Below, piece by piece: positions 54,764 to 61,767 of a DNA stretch of 64,000 nucleotides. This DNA comes from Nitrososphaerota archaeon. GTDB lineage: Archaea; Thermoproteota; Nitrososphaeria; Nitrososphaerales; UBA57. A model generated the notes under the pieces. It saw only the letters and a list, made by a program, of their open reading frames with translations, was not told where the DNA came from and did no database searches. The DNA is taken from NCBI GenBank assembly GCA_024860875.1, contig JACPSZ010000007.1:148218-212217 (forward strand), written 5' to 3'. Made by a program: the position numbers and the translations under genes. Numbering within the stretch: the first letter of the stretch is position 1; the number at the start of each line of letters is the position of its first letter.

Positions 54764-57169
54764 ATGATTCACAAATTTGCCGGATTTGTGGAAGCGTTTA
54801 AATATAATATCGTACGAATCAAGCCCATGACCAGAACAAAGAGGATACTGAGCCTGCTAACGGCAACAATACTTCTAGCATCATCCGTAGCAATTCTAAC
54901 AACGGCAAAGGTCAGCGCATTCGATCCTGGAGGCCCTCCAGTTGGAGGAGCAGCTCCATCAACACCTACGGGTAACTGGGAATATGTGAACTATCAGCCT
55001 ACTGGCGGTAGCTATAGTCCTCAGACGCAGATCAATCCAAGCAATGTCCAGTATCTTGAGACAAAATGGATTTATCCGTATACTGCGACCCCGATCGTTA
55101 CAACCCTGGGACCGGCGCAGGTAGGTTCTGGAGCACCCGTTATCGTAGTAGACGGGACTGCTTACGTGTTGATGAATGATAGGAGAATTCTAGCTATCGA
55201 CGCAGGTACTGGTAAGCTAATATGGAACAACACATTTGGAACAGCCTTCGATGCTGTCAAGGAAAACGCTAATTATCCATGGCTACAGCGTGTACTGGCC
55301 CATGGACACGCCATAAACTACTATCGCGACAAGGGCTGGCTGATATCCAGTTCTCTTGGTTCATGTAACCTCTATGCAGTAGATGCAAAGACGGGCAAGA
55401 CAGCATGGACTCTGAAGACGGAGCAGATATGCGGTACAAATGCCGAATTCGGCGATCCTACAAAGGGAATCATAGGAAGTCTTGGTGTCCAAGGATACAT
55501 GTCCGCACTTGGAACCCATCCTCCTCAATTCCTTGGAAACATAATGTTCTTCCCTGTAGCTGGTGCCAGTGGTGCTGGAGGTCGAAACTTTGTCACGGCA
55601 TTTGACATGACTGATCCTGCAAATCCGAAGAAACTCTACAAGGAGTTCACTTCACCTCCTGCTCAAGGAGATCCAGACTGGGCGATTAAGCAGTGCAGAG
55701 CTGCAAATGGAAATGGTTGGTACTTTGAATATCCAAAGTTCCTTGAGAGTATAAACTATCCAGCTAGAGACAGAGAACCAACATACCTAGCCACAAAGTG
55801 TACAGATGTTCCTGACGATGTAGTGAAGAATGATGGAATGGATCAAGTTCCAGGATCTCCAACCTTTGGAAAAATACATACTGCTACCAATTTTGGCTCA
55901 GCAGTTTGGGGCAATTATCCAATCGATCAGGAAACTGGTATTGTTGCATTGGGATGGGGAGATCAAGGCCCGTATACAAACCTGACACACAGATATGGTC
56001 CAGCTATACATGGCAGTGGGTTGACAGCCCATGATGTAAGGACTGGCAAAATAGTATGGTGGTTCCAATCAATTCCTCATGACCTATGGGACTACGACTG
56101 CTCGTGGGGAGGAATCATAGCAAACGTTCAGGGCAAGAAAGCCTTCGTAAAAGGATGCAAGGATGGCATTGTCCATGCATTAGATTGGAACACAGGTAAG
56201 CCATTCTGGAATTATGATCCACCAACCATACTCAGAGGAGGAAACAACATCAAGACATACTATGGCGTAGGTGCAAACAACAGGCCGACAGATCCTGAAG
56301 CATGTTGCAGAATGACAAAGGCAGATATGGGCAAGCCATGGATGACATACCCTAGCAAAGACCCGTTTGTACAGAACTGCTATACAGTATGCTTGGAGTC
56401 TGATTTCGCATATGATGGCAAGCGCATCTACGTTGCCACGTTCAACAATATGAATACTCATAGGGTAACGAACGTAATTCCTTTTGGCAATCAAGGCGGA
56501 GCTGCGCTGGGAGCCCGGGGGGCGTTCCCAGGCCAGACGTTCACTGTCGATGCCAACGTGGATGCTGTAGATATCAACACAGGCAAGAAAGTCTGGTCGT
56601 ACAAAGTCCAAGATGTTGCCTTTAGAGGCGGAGTAATGACAACAGGAGGCATAGTCATAGTTTACGCCGCTGACGGAAACCTGAAGTTCCTAGATGCTGA
56701 AACTGGAAAACTACTGCATGAGAAGTTCTTTGGTATTCCAGTAAGCGTAATGCCTACAATTGGAGCTGACAAGAACGGCAAATACAAGATCTTTGTACAC
56801 ATAGGCGGAGGAGGGGGCTTCCTTTCTGGCTCAGGTACTCTGGCAGGTAACCTAGTAGCCTTCGGTCTGCCTGATGTACTGCCACAGCCTCAAGTAATCA
56901 CAAAGGAAGTCATAAAGGAAGTACCTAAAGAAGTAGTGAAAGAAGTCATAAAGGAAGTACCCAAGGAAGTCATTAAGGAAGTACCTAAAGAAGTAGTGAA
57001 AGAAGTCATAAAGGAAGTACCCAAGGAAGTCATTAAGGAAGTACCTAAAGAAGTAGTGAAAGAAGTCACAGTAGAAACAATCAGTCCGATATCCTATGCT
57101 GCTATAGGCATTGGAGTTGTACTGGTAGTAATATCAGGAGTACTGTTCAGCAGAAAGAAGAAGGCATAG
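54764..57169 (+). CDS. PQQ-dependent dehydrogenase (quinoprotein beta-propeller) with a C-terminal KEVx-repeat stalk and TM anchor
   Basis: 801 aa. The likely true start is MTRTKRILSLL at 54827, which gives a signal peptide. The quinoprotein N-terminal pattern is W.YVNY...YSPQTQINPSNVQYLETKW. The C-terminus is (KEVI/P/V)n, then ISYAAIGIGVVLVVISGVLFSRKKKA. Confidence 0.8.
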   Translation: MIHKFAGFVEAFKYNIVRIKPMTRTKRILSLLTATILLASSVAILTTAKVSAFDPGGPPVGGAAPSTPTGNWEYVNYQPTGGSYSPQTQINPSNVQYLETKWIYPYTATPIVTTLGPAQVGSGAPVIVVDGTAYVLMNDRRILAIDAGTGKLIWNNTFGTAFDAVKENANYPWLQRVLAHGHAINYYRDKGWLISSSLGSCNLYAVDAKTGKTAWTLKTEQICGTNAEFGDPTKGIIGSLGVQGYMSALGTHPPQFLGNIMFFPVAGASGAGGRNFVTAFDMTDPANPKKLYKEFTSPPAQGDPDWAIKQCRAANGNGWYFEYPKFLESINYPARDREPTYLATKCTDVPDDVVKNDGMDQVPGSPTFGKIHTATNFGSAVWGNYPIDQETGIVALGWGDQGPYTNLTHRYGPAIHGSGLTAHDVRTGKIVWWFQSIPHDLWDYDCSWGGIIANVQGKKAFVKGCKDGIVHALDWNTGKPFWNYDPPTILRGGNNIKTYYGVGANNRPTDPEACCRMTKADMGKPWMTYPSKDPFVQNCYTVCLESDFAYDGKRIYVATFNNMNTHRVTNVIPFGNQGGAALGARGAFPGQTFTVDANVDAVDINTGKKVWSYKVQDVAFRGGVMTTGGIVIVYAADGNLKFLDAETGKLLHEKFFGIPVSVMPTIGADKNGKYKIFVHIGGGGGFLSGSGTLAGNLVAFGLPDVLPQPQVITKEVIKEVPKEVVKEVIKEVPKEVIKEVPKEVVKEVIKEVPKEVIKEVPKEVVKEVTVETISPISYAAIGIGVVLVVISGVLFSRKKKA
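56903..57068 (+). repeat. Coding tandem repeat: a 60-bp unit present twice perfectly (56941-57000, 57001-57060) plus partial copies; underlying 12-bp (KEVx) period
   Basis: The sequence lines 56941-57000 and 57001-57060 are identical. 56903-56940 matches the last 38 bp of the unit with 1 mismatch. Confidence 0.95.
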
Positions 57170-57180
57170 CATCGAAAGGA

Positions 57181-57232
57181 TGCCTTACCATAGGGGTAAG
57201 GCAATCTACATTTTCCTTTTTTTCATTTTTTA
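57181..57232 (+). terminator. Hairpin plus T-rich tract downstream of the PQQ-dehydrogenase gene
   Basis: tgccttacc (57181-89) pairs with ggtaaggca (57195-203), a 9-bp stem. It is followed by ttttcctttttttcatttttt. Confidence 0.5.
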
Positions 57233-57342
57233 GATTATTCTTTTTCTAGGCGCTTCTACTGTCGCATCTTTGACGCTCTCCGAGCTGGGTAGAAGCCCGC
57301 GGGTGCTTATCTATGACACAGGTAAAGTCCAGCAAAACCTAA

Positions 57343-57449
57343 TGGGGCCGGTGGGATTTGAACCCACGAGCACCACCGTTCTGATCTAGCAGATCCCCAG
57401 GTTCACCGCTTTAGCTGTGGCATCCTGAACCAAGCTAGACGACGGCCCC
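57343..57449 (-). tRNA. tRNA-Pro(GGG) with two introns (15 nt at 30/31; 16 nt at canonical 37/38)
   Basis: Hand fold of the reverse complement: acceptor ggggccg/cggcccc, D arm gucu..ggau, T arm guggg-uucaaau-cccac, discriminator A, no CCA. Removing 57402..57416 (agcuaaagcggugaa) and 57379..57394 (aucugcuagaucagaa) gives anticodon arm ccacc-cuggggc-ggugg. Both introns fit BHB geometry. Confidence 0.8.
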
Positions 57450-57693
57450 TCAAGTCCGCAATCCATGATATGGAACTCAGCGAAGAAGGTATCTTGAAGA
57501 AGATTTTAAAGGTTCAATCTATTAGTATTTGTCAAATGTCCGTATACAAATGATTTGCCTTTTATTGGCCCTGAGCTCTATGGACAAAAGATCGATATTC
57601 TGGGTTCAGAGGACAATTAAAGAATTTTGGAGAGCATTATTTTGGAATTGGTGCTATAAACTCTATAGCCGTCAGATTAGTGCTGAATATATA

Positions 57694-57855
57694 ATGTACA
57701 ATGCAAGCTTCAGCAAACTCAAGTGTGAGTTTTGTGGGGTTATCAAGGCCTTAGGCTTAGAGAAAATGACGGAAGATGATAAGATGGTGATCAGATCTCA
57801 TCTGGCACTAGATCACGGCTGGATTTGCGAGGAAGAGTTCCAATCTAGGCGATAA
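57694..57855 (+). CDS. Possible small C2H2-type zinc-finger protein (53 aa)
   Basis: The C-terminal part of ORF 57529..57855 reads MYNASFSKLKCEFCGVIKALGLEKMTEDDKMVIRSHLALDHGW... (CxxC...HxxxxH). The upstream part of the ORF looks non-coding. Confidence 0.3.
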   Translation: MYNASFSKLKCEFCGVIKALGLEKMTEDDKMVIRSHLALDHGWICEEEFQSRR

Positions 57856-57927
57856 GAGCCATACCAATTAGGATCCTAATAGACAGTGCAGGAAATATAG
57901 CCTGGTTTAGCATTAGTGGAGGGATAG

Positions 57928-58326
57928 ATGACTAGACTATTTAGCAAAAAATCCCTTCTGAGAACGGATAGCAACGATCCAAGAGGAGCCACATTCGTAG
58001 CGGCCTTACCCGGCGGAGATTATGCATTTGTTGAGATTCGAAAGGGAGCTTTAAGAGGAGGTCATCTCCATGATAAAGAAACCGTTCAGATTGTAGTCAA
58101 AGGAAGAATTAGGTTCGAATTTGTAGATCCTGCCACTAGAAGACATGACTATGCCATCGCAGGGCCGATGGATGTTTTGGAAATTCCAGCAGGAATAGCT
58201 CACCTTGCCGAAGGTTTAGAGGACTGTATTTTCATAGAACCTGTTAATGTTGGGAAAACTATTGAGTACGAACCCCAGCGGAAAAGAATCACAAAACTAC
58301 TCAAGTCTTTCAAGACAGTCAAGTAA
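57928..58326 (+). CDS. Cupin-fold protein
   Basis: 132 aa with the beta-barrel pattern LRGGHLHDKETVQIVVKGRIRFEF...LEIPAGIAHLAEG. Confidence 0.5.
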   Translation: MTRLFSKKSLLRTDSNDPRGATFVAALPGGDYAFVEIRKGALRGGHLHDKETVQIVVKGRIRFEFVDPATRRHDYAIAGPMDVLEIPAGIAHLAEGLEDCIFIEPVNVGKTIEYEPQRKRITKLLKSFKTVK

Positions 58327-58525
58327 TCAGAGACTTTTGCCCATATCCCCAAGATACAAGTTGGTCCAATTCGCAATTTCTTCTTTCATCAAATCTCATA
58401 TATCCTCCGAGCACCGCAGAACCTGCGAATAGCCCCAGATGGCTACAGCGGCTAGGCATGCCACATATTCATGATAAACGGTTCAGTACTATATCTCTAT
58501 CATGTATTCTGAATGCTTTGGAAAG

Positions 58526-58534
58526 TTATTTATT
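58526..58534 (+). promoter_or_regulatory. TATA-like box upstream of tRNA-Tyr
   Basis: ttatttatt lies 28-36 nt upstream of the tRNA 5' end (58562). Confidence 0.4.
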
Positions 58535-58561
58535 GTCAATAAAACGGCCTTCTCATCTGGT

Positions 58562-58722
58562 CCCGCGGTAGCTCAGAGGATCCTAAAGTCCGAGAAACTT
58601 GGTAGAGCTTCCGATCTTCCTAAAGAAGAGGAGACGCTGTAGAAGCGGGCTCAGGCTCGTTCCACCAGCCTATCAAGCTAACAGATACCGGAGTGTCGTC
58701 GGTTCAAATCCGACCCGCGGGA
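58562..58722 (+). tRNA. tRNA-Tyr(GUA) with three introns (21 nt in the D-loop, 22 nt at 30/31, 44 nt at 37/38)
   Basis: Hand fold: acceptor cccgcgg/ccgcggg (C1-G72, the archaeal Tyr identity pair) with A73. T arm gucgg-uucaaau-ccgac. Removing 58577..58597, 58614..58635 and 58643..58686 gives a 74-nt tRNA with D arm gcuc-agcuuggua-gagc, anticodon arm uccgg-cuguaga-ccgga and variable loop guguc. Confidence 0.8.
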
Positions 58723-58730
58723 TCTCTAAA

Positions 58731-59081
58731 TCATTCAGAAACTTCTGTGAATTTTTCAGTGTATAGAGGGAAGGCATCTTTCTTGACCATACAGAAATCG
58801 CAGATGCATGCTGGAGAAACGCTCTTCCTGTCACATACAGCGTTATAGACACAGGTTTCGCATGGTGTCGTTTTTCCGCATATGAAGCATTTCAGCACAA
58901 ACGAAACATCTTCTTTGAGAGCCTCTCTGAGCAAAGGGACCAAAATGTCAAGTCTAGTCTTGGGGGTAATCATGAAACCCTCTTTTGAATCATACTTTAG
59001 ACCAACTTCTCTAGTGAGTTTGATGAAGACATCCTTGCCCATGAGAGGCAGCTTAAAGTGCTCTCCAATTGAGATTTTCAT
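58731..59081 (-). CDS. Cys-rich hypothetical protein, translationally coupled to the RFC large subunit gene
   Basis: 116 aa with a C-terminal Cys cluster (CFICGKTTPCETCVYNAVCDRKSVSPACICDFC). It shares an ATGA overlap with the upstream gene. Confidence 0.5.
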   Translation of the reverse strand: MKISIGEHFKLPLMGKDVFIKLTREVGLKYDSKEGFMITPKTRLDILVPLLREALKEDVSFVLKCFICGKTTPCETCVYNAVCDRKSVSPACICDFCMVKKDAFPLYTEKFTEVSE

Positions 59082-60295
59082 TTCAGAGCCTCCAGAATCT
59101 TCTTCCCTTCCTTCAGGAGAACCTTTCTAACCGATTCATCGATTCCTATACGTTCAAGTTTCTGATCTCCATCTTTTGTCGCTGTAATTATCATGGCAAA
59201 ATAAGGCAGAAACACTGCTGAAAACTGCTTCCTCGACGTTCCAAACATTGAGCCAAAAGTTCTACCTATCTGTGCAAAATATTTAGCCTCGTTCCATAAC
59301 CTTAACTTCAAATCCCATGGTATGGCATCATCATTGAACTGAACCTTGCACCCTTTGATCGCGTAGAACAGGCCCATCGCAAGCATTACATCGAAATATC
59401 TTAATTGGCGCCACTCCTGCGTCCTTTGAATCCTCCCAATTATCTGGTCTGCCCGCGAAACTGTATCCAAAGCATTTGAAAGGTGCTCTACATCGAGCGA
59501 ACTTGTAACCAGACTCGAGAAAACTGTTTCAATCTTGCCTTTGGGATCCATCTCTGCAGAGCTCAGAGCCATGAGCGCATCTGCAGGGTTAGAAGCGTCG
59601 AAGAGCTGTTGAAACGACTGACTGATCGTTGCACTTCTATCTCTTTCAGAAGACTCGAATTCTATCTTGAGCTGTCCAAGCACGGCCGCTTGCAGGTCAT
59701 TTATTGCAGACCTTACATCTCCCTTGGATTGAGCCACTACAGCTTGCATTGTTTTCTCGTCTAACTGCTTGCCTTCCTTGGCAAGAATTCCACGGAGGTA
59801 CAACTCCACAAGCCTTGGAGGTATCCTCTGAAAGCGGAAGGTTTCTGCTTTGTGGGCTATTTTTTTGATTTTAATATTGTCTTGAGCATTTGCTATCATG
59901 ACCAGAGGAACGGAAGTGTTCTCCATCAACTCCATGACGAAATCCATCCCTCCATAATCTGCCCTCCCAAAGATTCCGTCAACTTCGTCCAAGAGTATGA
60001 GCGACTTACCAATGAGAGCTTGATTGTAAACTGAAGGGCCAAGAGCTCTATCGAGTTTATCCTTTGTTCTAATGTCGCTGGCGTTGAGCTCTATGATGCT
60101 GTAAGAAAGCTCTCTTGCAACCGCATGCACAGTTGCTGTCTTTCCTATTCCCGGCGGTCCTACGAGCAGAGCAGCCTTTCCTCCAACCTTCCATGCCTTG
60201 AGCCATTTCAGAAATCCCAGTCTGGCTTCTTCGTTCCCAACAAGCATTGCTAATGACGAAGGTCTGTACTTCTCTGTCCACATCAGGCCCTTCAA
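59078..60295 (-). CDS. rfcL: Replication factor C large subunit
   Basis: 405 aa. Has WTEKYRP, the Walker A motif LLVGPPGIGKT, ELNASD and LLDEVD. Confidence 0.85.
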   Translation of the reverse strand: MKGLMWTEKYRPSSLAMLVGNEEARLGFLKWLKAWKVGGKAALLVGPPGIGKTATVHAVARELSYSIIELNASDIRTKDKLDRALGPSVYNQALIGKSLILLDEVDGIFGRADYGGMDFVMELMENTSVPLVMIANAQDNIKIKKIAHKAETFRFQRIPPRLVELYLRGILAKEGKQLDEKTMQAVVAQSKGDVRSAINDLQAAVLGQLKIEFESSERDRSATISQSFQQLFDASNPADALMALSSAEMDPKGKIETVFSSLVTSSLDVEHLSNALDTVSRADQIIGRIQRTQEWRQLRYFDVMLAMGLFYAIKGCKVQFNDDAIPWDLKLRLWNEAKYFAQIGRTFGSMFGTSRKQFSAVFLPYFAMIITATKDGDQKLERIGIDESVRKVLLKEGKKILEALK

Positions 60296-61143
60296 AATCT
60301 CAGAGCCCCTCCAAAGAGGAATGCAAGCAATCCAAGCATCATGCCCCCAAGAGCAAGTTTCTTCACCTTAATGGCTCCCTCAACCGAATAATTCCTAATT
60401 ATCTTGGCTGAAATGTAAATGAAGAATGCGTCTGTAACTAGCACGAGTACTGCATAAACGATACCCGTGATTCCTAACATCAACGGAAGTAAGCTGGTTG
60501 AAACTGCAGCGAGGAAGAACAGAGCTCCAATTCTTGAGGCCATCTTCTCCCCTTTAGTTATTGCGATTGATCGAACATCTCTTGCTTTATCGCCTTCGAC
60601 ATCAGATATTGTTTTGACTACTTCCCTTCCCGTCCCTGCCAAAAACGATGTCAGAGCAAGAGACCACAGCATGACATCGCTTCCCTTTCCAATTGCGACT
60701 CCGCCAAAAACATATGGGACTGCCATAGATGCTGCAACCATCATGTTTCCTGATAATCCTCGCTTTTTTCCCCAGTAGCTGTAACCCCAAGCTATCAGGC
60801 CGAAGAGAGCTGCAACCGCAATATTTGTTAGACTTATGAGAGATGCTGAAGCGAAACCGATCAGCAGAAGAACAGCTGCAAACATGTTAGCCTGCATCAA
60901 GCTCATAGTTCCGCTTGGAATGGGTCGATTAGGACTGTTAATCCTGTCAATCTCAATATCGTAAACATCATTGATGACCATAGAATAAGATGACACAAAG
61001 AATCCCGTGAAGAAGCCTAGCATTGACTCCAAAGACAATATCTTTGATGGTTCAACGACAGCAACCCCAACTATGACAGCGAAGCCAATCATGACGGAGT
61101 TTACAGGTCTTATCAGCGAAATCAGCGCTGACGCTTTTGCCAT
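60292..61143 (-). CDS. UbiA-family prenyltransferase, digeranylgeranylglyceryl phosphate synthase-like
   Basis: 283 aa with about 8 TM helices and the motif NDVYDIEIDRINSPNRPIPSG. Confidence 0.8.
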   Translation of the reverse strand: MAKASALISLIRPVNSVMIGFAVIVGVAVVEPSKILSLESMLGFFTGFFVSSYSMVINDVYDIEIDRINSPNRPIPSGTMSLMQANMFAAVLLLIGFASASLISLTNIAVAALFGLIAWGYSYWGKKRGLSGNMMVAASMAVPYVFGGVAIGKGSDVMLWSLALTSFLAGTGREVVKTISDVEGDKARDVRSIAITKGEKMASRIGALFFLAAVSTSLLPLMLGITGIVYAVLVLVTDAFFIYISAKIIRNYSVEGAIKVKKLALGGMMLGLLAFLFGGALRF

Positions 61144-61701
61144 TTAGGTCGGTCCCTGAAACCTTTCCTTGGCAACCTTGTAGTAGATTATCTCTCCCCT
61201 TCTCTCGACTACAGCAATTATAGGCGTCTTCCCCATTCTGGTTATCTGCGCAATGGATTTTGACAATGCAGTGATAGGAACTTCTGTACCTTCGTTCAAA
61301 CCAAAGATGACAAACTTTGCTGATTTAGTACCATGCTCTCCTCTATCGTAAACTCTGAAATCAACGCCAAAGCCAAAGCCCTCCTTTGGGACATATCCTC
61401 TAGAGCGTAAATCTCTGTAAAGCAGAAACCTAGTCCATGCATTAGCATCATTCTTCAAAGATCTTTCAACAAGATAATGAAAATCAAGTTTCTTCGCATC
61501 TTCCTTGATCTCAAGTTTAGCAATGTAAGCAAGGTAGAGCATTTCATAGTCCGCAAGTAATAATGAGGAATCTTCCTTCTTGCCATATCCTTTTGACTCC
61601 AGCAGAGCTACAATATTTTCATCTTCCACAAGAGCGCCTTTTGCTGTAAGTTTAGCAGAGATTACTTGCTCTATCTCTTCAGACATAGAACTTGCATTCA
61701 A
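61144..61701 (-). CDS. endA: tRNA-splicing endonuclease (catalytic subunit)
   Basis: 185 aa. Has LYRDLRSRGYVPKEGFGFGVDFRVYDRGEHG.KSAKF and a downstream Lys (RMGKTPIIAVV). This fits the Tyr/His/Lys catalytic pattern of EndA. Confidence 0.85.
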   Translation of the reverse strand: MNASSMSEEIEQVISAKLTAKGALVEDENIVALLESKGYGKKEDSSLLLADYEMLYLAYIAKLEIKEDAKKLDFHYLVERSLKNDANAWTRFLLYRDLRSRGYVPKEGFGFGVDFRVYDRGEHGTKSAKFVIFGLNEGTEVPITALSKSIAQITRMGKTPIIAVVERRGEIIYYKVAKERFQGPT

Positions 61702-61767
61702 ACATATCTTGCGATTTAAGGATTCTATGGTTAGGATTATTATAGGGAGTTAAGATCGTCAGATGCT

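Noticed and set aside
56903-57068. The regular short repeats as a CRISPR array
   Set aside because: The repeats are contiguous with no unique spacers. They have a 12/60-bp period and lie in frame inside the PQQ-dehydrogenase ORF, where they encode KEVx. This is a coding tandem repeat.
57241-57310. A possible tRNA-like fragment near tRNA-Pro (cccgcgggt resembling the reverse complement of the tRNA-Tyr 3' end; 8-bp inverted repeat gcttctac/gtagaagc)
   Set aside because: The match is only ~9 nt and consists largely of the self-complementary ccgcgg. No T-arm or other tRNA elements are present. It is more likely a simple hairpin in the spacer.
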